From: Phoronis australis | Taxonomy: Eukaryota > Animalia > Phoronida | Assembly: GCA_002633005.1 (NCBI GenBank) | Contig: NMRA01000050.1 | Coordinates: 278,207-342,206 of the forward strand | Direction of reading: 5' to 3' | DNA length: 64,000 bases | Part shown: positions 12,301 to 24,106 of the stretch, in pieces | Numbering within the stretch: the stretch's first letter is position 1 | How the letters are laid out: every line of letters begins with the position of its first letter | Notes under the pieces: model-generated | Databases searched by the model: none | Told to the model about the DNA's origin: nothing | Seen by the model: the letters and a program-made list of their open reading frames with translations, nothing else | Program-made: the position numbers and the translations under genes

Positions 12301-15033
12301 AAGTCATCAAATCATGAAAACTGACATCGTACAACGAAATTGTTCTTTTTTCCAAAGGACTTTAAACATGCATTAAGTCACAGGTGACTTTTCAGTAACT
12401 AATACAAATTTATATTTTGCTAAATGTACCTTTGTTTTGGCGGCTTTAACGGAAAATTAATTCAGTGACCGACAGATTTGTTTTGGAAATTTTTAGTAGG
12501 CAAAGACAAAAATACAAAACATGAAAATTGAGAAAAAACAGCATCGAATCCCTTAAGATGATAAACAACGTGTTTTTAGTGTTTCTGGGCTTCCAGGTCT
12601 GGCTATTATTAGTTACGTAAGCCTACCTATACAATATATAAGCACAGGGTACCAGAACACCACGGTTCGCCCTAGTTTCTGAGCAAAATCCATTGTACAT
12701 ATTCACGGTTTTATGAAACATATGCCATAAATATAGGCCAACGTCTCTTCGTATTTGTGTGACACACCACCGTTTCTATCACACACTCACCAATATCAAA
12801 CTGTTTAGGGGCAGGAATGCCCATTACACTCCCTGGGCCAAGAGGTCGGAGGTGACGGTCGAACTTTTGAGTAAACAAAAAGTTGTCCTGAAAGGAGTTA
12901 TACGGCCAGCGTTTCTTAGCGAAATACTTCTCCTTCTCCAACCAAATCCGTAGAACGACGACTAATTCACCATTTACCCACTGCATTGCTGGGCTGTTCG
13001 CATAGAGCACCTGTTGAGAGAATGGAGTCAAACCGACGTGAAATTGCCATTTTAAATGTTCTGTTGACTTCATGAATTCATGAATACATTAAAATATCTG
13101 TCTTGATAGTGTAACAGCAATGGCGTCGCGACGTCGGCTCGAAAAATTACGAATGCCACACAACATGTGCATGTCAGTGTATTTCTTAAAAAGGCGAAAC
13201 TCGCCATGTCATTTGCCAGCAAAAGAAAAAATACAAATTCGTTCCGTGAAATAAAACGAATATTTGAAAAGATTTGAATAAACGGTGACAAAACAAATTA
13301 CCTTACATGTCAGCATTCCCAATACAGGTTTAAATGTGATATTCATTTCTTTTTACGAAAAGGTTTTGAAAGAAAGAACGGATATATCCCGCTTTTTGAA
13401 TTGCTTAAGAGCTATTCATGTATGTGTCCCCGCCGTGTAAACTTGTCACAAAGTGCACAATTTTTATGAATTCCCTCTCCGCTAGTGTGCATTGCATGAC
13501 TTAAGACATACGGGTGAACATTTTTCAAAGATTTTTACGCACTTCAGAGGACAATAATGCACACAACTTAGCATCTGTGGTGTAAAGTGCTAGTCATCCG
13601 AAAATTGACAAATGTAGTCTTGGTAGATATTGAGATTGCCACAAACAACACTAATTTGGACACTAGGGGGTACTGCAGCAATAGGGTCCATCCAACAATG
13701 AACCCAAGTCCTGCTCATTTACCCTGATCGTTTTTGAAGGGTTTGGCTGACTGAGAAACTGATACTAAAAGTCAACACTCAACTAATGAAATCGCCAAAC
13801 TGGTGCGGGAACAGGTGAAGTGGGCAGGCGCCTAAGTGTTCGTATTCCCTCCTGTATAAAGTCGTATAACCAATTTCAGTAGAACACTTCATCAAACTTG
13901 GTAGATATTAAGGCCAAGTCAAGACATAAAACTGCTACTAGAGGCCGTATCACTCGTCAAAATTCTCAAAAGAGCAACGTCAGCAAGGTTGCCTTTAATA
14001 GAAACACATTCGTAACGACTAATTTAAACCATTTAGCAGCTAGAAAGGTAGATGTTAAAAATGGACCATAGATAATATGTAGTAATAAAATTACCAATGG
14101 AATATGCCAGAACCTTACCGCCTTCCTTAAAGACTCATATCTGTTAATTTCCATGATTTTCCACCAAGCTACTAGCTAGTTACATGGTCAGACAAAAATG
14201 GCGAAATTGTCCAATTCGTCTGATAATTAACATCAGCCATCATCACGGAACTTGGTAGATATTGAGGTAGGCGAAAGTTAATGTACAACTATAGGGGCAT
14301 AGCAGTATTCGAATCTCTCCAATAATCAACAGCGACAAATACCCAAATTTCGTCATGCCGATCTTTCACCGAAACCGTTTAGCAAATAGCGAGGTGGCCA
14401 AATTCGAAAATTGTAACTAGACAGCGAGACGGATGTCGGGGGCCCAGTCAGAAATGACGCTAACATGCACCCACATATGCTATATGGGCGCATACCAAGC
14501 GTCCACAATATATTATTGTTAATAATTTCATTTGATTGTAAAGAAGCACAAACTGCAAAATTTAATGGTTATTCGTGAAATACGAGATTGTATCAAAAGG
14601 TAATTGAAAAGTTGAGATAACTTTTTGCTTCTCTACAAACCTAATGTAGGCCTACTTTTGCGGCAATATAGCCTACCTGCTGATGGGCGGGATCAACCAA
14701 CATGTCTGCCACTTGTCGTTCTACTTCCGGTGAAAAAGAGTGGATTACTGATGTCGAAACAAAACCAGTAATTGCCATCGAGCGTCCTGTTTTGTTGAAC
14801 AGTGTTCCATTGAGTATATATCTCAGAACAAATTTGTCCTTGAGCGTTATTTTGTTCTTGTTGTCATGACGACCAAACCCCAAGGAGTCCACGGCAGGTG
14901 GTTTGTGAAGAGGGATGTCACTAGCATCAACCTCAAGAGACGGTTTATCCAGGACCACAGTGAGGAAGGACAGAGTGAACACAATGGCTAATGCCATGAA
15001 AGCCATCTTTTGCGTTTGTCGCCGGCTAACCAT
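9361..15033 (-). CDS. Type II membrane protein, about 469 aa, GT91/BMT beta-1,2-mannosyltransferase-like (five-bladed beta-propeller clan). Coding exons: 15033-14677, 13010-12791, 10193-9361
   Basis: Exons of 357+220+833 nt join in frame at CAG|GTAGGC, G|GTGAGT and canonical acceptors. The N-terminus is basic (MVSRRQTQK) followed by a TM segment (MAFMALAIVFTLSFLTVVL). Ordered motifs GPIEPRI..SFN..DKHW..YNVDPLRVLKC..C..LRGGT..YTANLLVL parallel yeast Bmt motifs GPEDPR..FN..EKNW..Y..L.ILKC..C..LRGGT..YRPNLVV as recalled. The gene model is high confidence; the family call is moderate. Confidence 0.8.
13600..14520 (+). mobile_element. Degenerate non-autonomous element with internal tandem units (Helentron/HINE-like)
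   Basis: Recurring (AA)CTTGGTAGATATT at about 13619, 13895 and 14249, each followed by a CACTAGGGGG-like motif. It resembles the arrays at 27.6-28.4 kb and 60.9-61.6 kb in the opposite orientation. Confidence 0.5.
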
Positions 15034-16017
15034 CGTCCCGTCTGACTGTAAGATAAGTACATGTATGACCGACATTCTAAAGCCACTTGTAGACACTAGA
15101 TTTTTGTGGAAATAGGAAGGAATGGTGGAGGTAAGGGAAGAGAACAAGAGTGAGAGAGCATTATTAAGTAACATTCCAAGTGTAAAATACATTTTTGAGA
15201 GAAGTGGTAAATGCTAAGGTTTAAGCTGAGAATTTTGTATTTTATACATCCTTTAACTACACATTTAACATCTCAGTGGTAATAATTGTGTATGGCACAT
15301 CGCTGTTACTTGACACTGCAAACACGGCAATCCTTGAGCATGTTTTTAAAGTGTTGTATTTGAAGAGCCAGTATATCCAAAACATCATGACAATTTATTT
15401 GGCATCAAAATCAGTACAGGACCGTAGAGAAAAAACAATTTACCCTCAAGTCACAATACAATGCTGGAGTTCCAAAGTATTTATCGAGACATGTACATCA
15501 CACTATAAACCTTCCGTAAAGCAATTCTCTTTGTAACTTTTTCCATTAATCGAGGATGCAGCCTGCTGCAGATAAATGCGTTTTCTAATTCAGCGAGAGG
15601 GGACTCAGCTAAGAAACAACAAATAGGACAACTTATGTATAACCGAGAAGTAACTTTCAAAAGCGAAGAGTAATTCTTCTGCGATGTAATTCCTCCAGTA
15701 AAAGACGCAGATTTGAATTTGTCACCGGCGTAAAAATTTGTACAATCGGTTAATGGATGACTTTGCAGTTGCAGTAATTCGTTAGCACACACACTGGTAT
15801 AACCCCCTGTAAAACTCTCTCTAGAGTATTCCAGTAAAAGAGCAAAAAGAGATCAATTGGACGTTCTACGGAGACGTGGCGACTCTTCACGGACAGTTTC
15901 CTTACCATAGAATGTCCTTCCATTTTAATTATCGACAAAAGGATTCACTTTGGGATTCGATGCTCTAAAAAGTACGTCCGTTTTTTCTTTAACATCATAT
16001 GTATTTTCAGACTTTAA

Positions 16018-16508
16018 AGTTACGTAGGACCATAACGACACCTCCGTGTATTTAGCAAAGTATCTAGAAAACTGTTTATATTTCTAAAAGTGCAAAAGCT
16101 GTAAAATTTGACTTTTTGTCAATCTGTTATAAATTGGGTTACGTGGTGATGTCATTTTGGTAATTTTTTTTTTAAAAGAAATCTACATGTAATAGCAAAA
16201 CAACGTCATCAAACTTTACTTGATATAAATATTCCAAGTGAGATAAAAACGCTACTACATTTTCGAAAATGTCATTTCGTTTTCTGTTTGCACAAATTTA
16301 AAAGATTTTTCATGGAAATTAAAGAAGTCTTATTTTTGTAGCTCCTGATGCAAAAGTGAATCATTCTAAAAACATGTCTTAACAGCTTCTGAAAACAGTG
16401 CACGAAGCATAGTATGTGAAAGTTGCATACGAATCCGATCAGCCGTCACTGACATATAATGATCCGATATCAGTCAAATTTGGAAATTTTGGAGGATTCT
16501 ATGTAACC
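16018..16508. mobile_element. MITE with TTAA target site (Kolobok/piggyBac-type)
   Basis: TTAA|AGTTACGTAGG...TCTATGTAACC|TTAA: imperfect TIRs with TTAA on both sides. Confidence 0.65.
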
Positions 16509-16692
16509 TTAAGATGTGCTTAATGCATCTGTATGGGTAGGCCTACTGTTTCAGACTTACTGCATTAAAAAAGACATCTGTCTAAGAGTATGTACAAAGG
16601 TTTGGGTTTGCGAAATTCACCTTTCGATGAAGATCTCTGAGAATGGGGCCTTTCTTCGAGTAAACTCTCTAAATGAGTGGGTATCCTAATTT

Positions 16693-19470
16693 TCAACAGC
16701 ATCGTAGTTGTAAAAATATCTTGGAGTACCTTTAAGTTCACGGCCAGTGCCATATCGACCACTAATCGCGTGTCCGGAAATTTTTGCGTTGGTGGGTCAA
16801 TGACGTGGTCAACACGTCGGGGTTGGATAAGAAACCGTGGCTTTAGTGCCAACACTCTCCCGAAATATGACAACCGAAAAAGTCCCAGGACCCATTGCAA
16901 ACAAGTCTCAAACTTAAATATAATATTGAACATTGTAGACCTCAGTTCTATCGATGATAATCAGCTAGCAATAGGCGTCAGATGTTGGAGTTAGTTAGAC
17001 AACTGCAGTGCTGTAGGCCTAGTGGTAAACTTAGAGGTAAGTAGGCGCCCAAAGCCCACCGTATCACCTCGAGCACTGAAAGTAACATACGGTGCGTCGG
17101 TGCTACGTTCAAATGTCAAAAGGTCGTTGGCTGCGCCTACGTGCCCCTACGTGCCCCTACGCCCCACTACAGCAGACCATCTGTTATCTTTGATCAATAC
17201 TAGCAACCAATTTTGTCAATAGATCAATACATGTTTAGATGGGTTACACATTTTGGCCTACCTGGGATTGCGTGCCTCGACAATATAACCACTCCTTGTC
17301 TGTGCTCTTCCTCTAGTTTCCACTTTTCAAGTGAGACTATAACAGCTAAGTGAGTTACATGAGTCACAGCTTTTCACACCCCATCGGCCCTGACTCACGA
17401 CAAAACCACCCTTCATTGTGACTGTGTACGTGAAGCTTCGAGATTAAGTAAGCCTATAGGTACTCATAAACCTCTTTAAATGCCCGTTGAGTGCCTTTAG
17501 GCATTGAATATCCCACACCCTTTTGAATTAGAAATCGATTGCGTAATTCACCTCGCATTGAGTATCGGAAGGACGGAATGTAAATAAAGAGGACGGACCT
17601 GCGGCCGGACTCTGGCGTTGGGTACTACACGACGACGGAAAACTCGGGAGAAACGAGGGAATTGACAAAGGGATATACCGCATGCGCGCATGCACCCAGG
17701 GGAGCTCGAGGTGGGGGGCTCGAATGAGCCCCCTCATCCCCCATTGGCGAAGTGGGCAAAAAGGACCGCCGCCTCTGAGAAACGAAATTAAGTCCATTGA
17801 ACAAGCACAAACGCGCAATTCACAGTGGTGCCCTCGTTTTTTTTAGGTTTTTTTAGTCCGCCCCGGCTGTTTTGTTACCCAAAGGTCGTCGGGAATTCGA
17901 GCCCCCCCATGTAGGCTGGGTGCGCGCATGTAATGTACCGCGGGTATACACTGAAACAACAATCAGTGACAGTGAATAATCTCTTAATTACAGAATGATC
18001 TCTTTACAAGAATTTGGCCAACTGAAAGTGTCGTATCGTAGCTCGTGTGCATCGTTTGTCTTCGCGGCGCCGCTATTGGTTGCAGNCTCAACAGCATCGT
18101 AGTTGTAAAAATATCTTGGAGTACCTTTAAGTTCACGGCCAGTGCCATATCGACCACTAATCGCGTGTCCGGAAATTTTTGCGTTGGTGGGTATATGACG
18201 TGGGTCAATACGTCGGGGTTGGATAAGAAACCGTGGCTTTAGTGCCAACACTCTCCCGAAATATGACAACCGAAAAAGTCCCAGGACCCATTGCAAACAA
18301 GTCTCAAACGTAAATATAATATTGAACATTGTAGACCTCAGTTCTATCGATGATAATCAGTAATAGGCGTCAGATGTTGGAGTTAGTGAGACAACTGCAG
18401 TGCTGTAGGCCTAGTGGTAAAGTTAGAGGTAAGTAGGCGCCCAAAGCCTACCGTATCACCTCGAGCACTGAAAGTAACATACGGTGCGTCGGTGCTACGT
18501 TCAAATGTCAAAAGGTCGTTGGCTGCGCCTACGTGCCCCTACGTGCCCCTACGCCCCACTACAGCAGACCATCTGTTATCCTTGATCAATACTAGCAACC
18601 AATTTTGTCAATAGATCAATACATGTTTAGATGGGTTACACATTTTGGCCTACCTGGGATTGCGTGCCTCGACAATATAACCACTCCTTGTCTGTGCTCT
18701 TCCTCTAGTTTACACTTTTCAAGTGAGACTATAACAGCTAAGTGAGTTACATGAGTCACAGCTTTTCACACCCCATCGGCCCTGACTCACGACAAAACCA
18801 CCCTTCATTGTGACTGTGTACGTGAAGCTTCGAGATTAAGTAAGCCTATAGGTACTCATGAACCTCTTTAAATGCCCGTTGAGTGCCTTTAGGCATTGAA
18901 TATCCCACACCCTTTTGAAATAGAAATCGATTGCGTAATTCACCTCGCATTGAGTATCGGAAGGACGGAATGTAAATAAAGAGGACGGACTGCGGCCGGA
19001 CTCTGGCGTTGTGGGTACTACACGACGACGGAAAACTCGGGAGAAACGAGGGAATTGACAAAGGGATATACCGCATGCGCGCATGCACCCAGGGGGGCTC
19101 GAGGTGGGGGGCTCGAATGAGCCCCCTCATCCCCCATTGGCGAAGTGGGCAAAAAGGACCGCCTCTGAGAAACGAAAGTCCATTGAACAAGCACAAACGC
19201 GCAATTCACAGTGGTGCCCTCGTTTTTTTAGGTTTTTTTTAGTCCGCCCCGGCTGTTTTGTTACCAAAAGGTCGTCGGGAATTCGAGCCCCCCCCCATGT
19301 AGGCTGGGTGCGCGCATGTAATGTACCGCGGGTATACACTCTGAAACAACAATCAGTGACAGTGAATAATCTCTTAATTACAGAATGATCTCTTTACAAG
19401 AATTTGGCCAAAGTGTCGTATCGTAGCTCGTGTGCATCGTTTGCCTTCGCGGCGCCGCTATTGGTTGCAG
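16693..19470. repeat. ~1.39-kb tandem duplication (16693-18085 and 18088-19470) separated by a single N
   Basis: Near-identical copies differing by scattered SNPs and small indels; N at 18086. Confidence 0.95.
17681..17930. mobile_element. Small GC-rich TIR element; second copy at about 19073-19318
   Basis: CATGCGCGCA..CACCCAG..GGGGGGCTCGAAT at the left end and ATTCGAGCCCCCCC..CTGGGTGCGCGCATG at the right end form an imperfect inverted repeat. Confidence 0.6.
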
Positions 19471-19744
19471 TTGCCTTGGACCCTTTCCGGGAAAAAGCGT
19501 CCGTGAACTGATTCCATGACCGGCTACTCCTCTAAGACTGAACCCCATCTTAACTTGAAGGGGCTTGTTATTAATTTTAAGATAGGGAAAAAGTGACCCG
19601 ATCGTGGCGGGGAACGCCCTCACAGGGTGGGTGTGTAGCACATGATATGAAATACTTTTATCTTAAAAAATACCCCCAGGGAGGCTGTTGATGACTTTTT
19701 CTTTGTCTTTTGTCTGAAAGAGGGATACAGTGCAGCGTCACTTG

Positions 19745-20144
19745 CCGGGATTTTCCGTAGATCAAAGCCCACCCGATGAAACGCCCATTGGCGTTTATTT
19801 GGAAAATTATGCCAAATAAACGCCCACGGGAGCTTGTCCAGATAGTGGGGCGGTCCTTCGGAAAACTTTTCTCTTAGAAGCCCACTCAGCATCAACTTTC
19901 ATTGCACAAATCCAGTTTTATGAAGCGTTTATCATTTATAGAAACGAACAAGCTATTAGCTAACTATGACTATGTATAAATTCAAAAAAAACAGTTTAAG
20001 TAAGAAATGTTAGTCTCAGCACTTTCCGTTTGCACGCCCCCTTTTCCAAATGAACGCCTGGGCTTTTATTTGGTGGTACTAAACCCCATAAATATTTTAT
20101 TTTCCGAATACACGCCCATGGGCTTATCTATAGAGAATCCGGTA
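19745..20144. mobile_element. pogo/Tigger-like MITE with internal CGCCCATGGGC-type repeats
   Basis: CCGGGATTTTCCGTAGATCAAAGCCC at left and GGGCTTATCTATAGAGAATCCGGTA at right; internal repeats of CGCCCA(T/C)(T/G)GG. Confidence 0.45.
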
Positions 20145-20389
20145 TCGCTTTTTAATCCTTCCCTTGAATTGTCAAATTCATGGTACATAATCAATCGCCT
20201 ATAAAATTCCCTTTAACGGCTATACCGTTTTGGCGACTGCCGGACACTGTGCCCGTCGTGACAGTAACTTCTTGGCCCTGGTTTGAGCAAGAGCACACTG
20301 TATTAGGGTTTTTCAGGTCAACTCTAGCACTGGAACTTGTTCACTGACACCCAGAACATTACAATATGTTACAATGATTTTCTGCTTGC

Positions 20390-20830
20390 TTACACATAGT
20401 GGCCTCTATTGTTTTGTTGTTTTGTGCCCTTTATCGTCTGCCTCCCTATAAGTCCAAACAATGAGCTGCACCAGGAAGAGATTGCCATCCTGGTTATCTC
20501 TATCTGGCTATATCTGTATCTGGCTCATTGGCCCAAACTTCTCATGAAGAGCCATGAAAGGATCTCTTTCAAGTTTCGATGTTTGATAAAATCCAAGCCC
20601 CTTTTTGCCACTGCAGTTGAAACAAGTCGTCATGAGGAAAAGATGGGTCACACCACTTATATTTAACGCCTTGTGTTTTTATTTGGTCAAGTTGGAAATG
20701 TTCAACCAAGTGTTACGAGAAGTGTGAATTACTGAACTGAGGGCCAACACTTTGCCATAGAACAACTTTTGGTTTAAACCACTTTCAGTTAACATGCGGC
20801 ACTGACTTCGTGCCTTGTTGCGCTTTCTAG
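20390..20830 (-). pseudogene. Degenerate coding remnant, possibly the XPG/H3TH-like region of an Academ-type transposase
   Basis: About 140 codons with only 3 stops. Across frameshifts it reads WCDPSF..FNCSGKKG/AW..LHEKFG..LVQLIVWTY, resembling the GCDxxSxFxGxGKKxAW motif. Confidence 0.35.
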
Positions 20831-21249
20831 ATTGAAAAATGATGAACGGGACTGGCACCAATTTGCACCCGGTTTTATCTGAAAAACATGACGTCTCATT
20901 GGTGGCGCACCATAGGATGCACTTTTTTCAGGGCTGCACTGCCCATGGTCCATGGGCGTTGCACCACAGGGGGCTGGGGGGCTTTAGTGCTGCGCCGCCC
21001 AGGCGGCTACCGGGCTAATAGAGAAATATTGAAGTCATTTGCTTGTGATGACGGCAGATTAGGCTGTGGGCGCCCAAAGCAGTATTGCCAACATGGGAAG
21101 TGCAGGCGATTTGTTGCATCCAATTAAAAGAAAGTATAAGAATCATGTGGCGTTGCTTTGGACGGGCATAGACGACAGTAGGGGGCTCCAAAATGTTAAT
21201 GTTTCCAATTCTAACACAATAATTCAGTAGGCCTAACGTGCGGGTAACT

Positions 21250-22548
21250 AGTGCTTAAAAGTTTACTTAGTTTTCAAGGCAAGGACACTCAGACTAAATT
21301 GAAAAGATTCTGAAACTCGAACAAGTACAAAATAAAAATTTCAAACTTCTACGGGTTATTTTGATAGTTCGCAAGTCGCGAGTCACAGTGGGATTGCAAG
21401 CAGGAGCAACATCGAAGTGCTCTTAGTTATATGATAACATAAAAGATGTCGCTCTAAAACACAGGTGTGCAAAATGATTTAACCCAGTTATGTACTGAAT
21501 GCAAATGCTTGTGTAGTATATCGTTATGGGGTATCTTCTTGTAATACATACTAGGCTGGGTGAAAATGTTTGAGCAAATACAATTTTCTGTTGTCAGACA
21601 AAATCACGATTCTGTTCCGTGTCGTTACATTTACAAAGAAGTACGTCACGTGATCACTGGGCGGATGATGATTGAAACTTTACAACGGTAACACCTGTAA
21701 TAATTATTCGCTTTATAGATATCAAATGACTTCGCTAACTTAAGGTGAGTTTTCGTAACAATGACAACCTACTTGGTTTATGAAAAATCTGAAGGTAGAG
21801 CCCACAAATAGTATCGACTGGCCGAAAACAAGGTGTCTGTCAAAAAACATTTAAATTAAGTGTCGCGATAGTATTCAAACGGAATGGACTGCCCCATCGG
21901 TCATTTAGCCGAATCGTTCAACGATACAGTTAGGAAGACAAACGTGAGGGGAAACTCTACGAGTGAACGTGTTCTAGTTGTGCTGGTAACTGGTTGAACA
22001 TCTTTGATCAAATTGTTCCGAAGCATTTTTGTTTCTCTGTGGACTGTCCGTGAATTTGACACTTGTTGTAACAAAATTAAATGTCAGCTTGCCAAACAAT
22101 GCGTCATTTTTCCCAACTTGTTGCCTCTACCGGAAGCATAAAGATGATCATACTGGTTTGAAAACTTTGTCTGGATTCTTAAAACTGTCTGCACGGAGCT
22201 GAATCAAAAGTCAAGCTTTTCAGGATTTTGTTTCTCGAACATCACCTTCTCACAATAATTAAGGGGTTAGATGACATACAGAGACGTATTCGTGAGTGTG
22301 AGTTTTGTCAAGTACACTGACCAACACAGAAACACGAGCTACTAATCGTTACACCACAACCTAATAGATCATGGCAAAAACTGGCCGTTGACTTATGTGA
22401 GGTAAACAAAGGGAAATATCTTGTCATTATGGACTATTATTCCAAGTGGTTGGGGGTAATTCGTATGACCGACACAACAGCATCTCGAGTAATTGCAGAA
22501 GAAAAAGCAGTGTTCGTGTGCTTTGGAATCCCAGAGGAAATCGTATCA
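21250..22548 (+). mobile_element. Gypsy LTR-retrotransposon remnant (integrase, K02A2.6-like)
   Basis: 22291-22548 translates RECEFCQVH*PTQKHELLIVTPQPNRSWQKLAVDLCEVNKGKYLVIMDYYSKWLGVIRMTDTTASRVIAEEKAVFVCFGIPEEIVS, which is the zinc-finger end plus the rve core. The upstream boundary is approximate. Confidence 0.8.
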
Positions 22549-22806
22549 ATTACAAAAATCTTAGGAACTTGAAAAGTGTTCCAATAATGAATTTTTGCAC
22601 TTTTTAGGTTTTGGACCATGTTTAATAATTTTATGACATAAAGTCTAATTAAGCAAGCACTAATGATTCAGGATTCAGGAATTTTGAATTTTAAAGAAAA
22701 ATTAGTGATCTTTTGGTTTCCCGCCACGGGATATACAGTCATTCAGTGGGAGATGTTGATCAGTTGACAGTCTGTATGCAATGGTGGGTAGTAGTGCACT
22801 TGTAAG

Positions 22807-23739
22807 CAGTGGCGGATCTAGGATATCACAAGGGGGGCCCAACATTTTGTCCAGTTGGAAGCATTTGCGCAAACTGAACCACAAATGTAGATGCCTCTAA
22901 AATCAAGCGTTTTCCTTGATTCCTGAAGTATTATCCAAGAAAAAAGGCAAAAAAAAACACGGAGAACGTGTCAAACAGGCAAAAAAATGCAAGTATCAAA
23001 GACTCGAACTCACGACCTGGCGGACAGAGCGCGCGTACATTACCACTACACCACCACGATTTGACAACAACTTTCATACTAAAAGACTTACTTGTTTATG
23101 GGCCACAACGTTTGCGCGCGAAACCTACTTCTTTTTGTAATGCTTATTACACGTTTTATATTTTGTGCAATCAATTCTTAACAAATTTGTCGTATTTGAA
23201 ATAGTCTTCAAATGCCCAAAAGACCAAATCCATTTTTCGTGCTGGCAATAATGAAGGGATTGCTGTGGAAACCGTCTTAAGATAAGGTTTGACAAAGAGA
23301 GTATTGCGAGTTTCTGAGTGATTCACTAAGGCTTCGATTAAAATTCACATCTTACCAGCAGCTTCTGTTTTTTCATCGTCACTCAGGTTCCATTTTCTTT
23401 AAAAAATGAAGTAAATTTTCTTCATATTGCACAGTGAAGCAGACGACGGAAACGGAGTCGTAGTGCACAGCGCCGCTGCCGGTCACCTAGGATATCGCGG
23501 GAGATTCTATACTTAGCCATAGTTCCGTTACGAACGCGCCGTGTTCCGAATTTGACACTTGAAATTGGATTTGAGCCCCCCCCCCCCCCAACATTAAAAC
23601 TGCACACATTTAAATCTTTTTTCATCCGTATAATTTTAATTAGCGGGGTTAATTAATAAACTCACCATTTCCCTACGCTCTTACTGTTTCATTTTTTTGC
23701 CGCAGCCAAGGGAGGGGGCCCCCCCTAAATCCGCCTATG
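22807..23739. mobile_element. Non-autonomous hAT-like element with 6-bp TSD
   Basis: TIRs CAGTGGCGGATCTAGG..GGGGGCCC and GGGCCCCCCCTAAATCCGCCTATG; flanking direct repeat TGTAAG at 22801-22806 and 23740-23745. Confidence 0.8.
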
Positions 23740-24056
23740 TGTAAGATACAAAAACTTAAAGAATGAGTATTATGAAGGAAAGTGTGGAGATTCGGGGTGA
23801 AGACGACTCGATCTCCCCCTACCCCCGTCTGCACACTACTCCTGTAATCAAACGTTTTCTTCGAGAAGTCCTTCGTTCTGTTGCCCAAATTGGTAACTGG
23901 CCATTTTTAAAACTGTGCGCACTCCTGGCGACGTGATAAAAATAGGGCCAGCTAGAGACAGTGGTCACCGTCTAATTCACATCTCTGTCACAGTTTGATG
24001 CTGAAGCTAATACTCACTATGTGCATGACAACTACGTTCCCAGCAATGGTCGGACG

Positions 24057-24106
24057 TACTACAACACAATAGGACTACAACACAATGGTAGGACTACAAC
24101 ACAATA
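24057..24106. repeat. Short tandem repeat (GG)ACTACAACACAAT x3
   Basis: Three adjacent copies visible in the sequence. Confidence 0.8.

Noticed and set aside
16565-19641. Several 60-120-aa ORFs that appear twice
   Set aside because: They arise from the tandem duplication, and indels between the copies break the frames.
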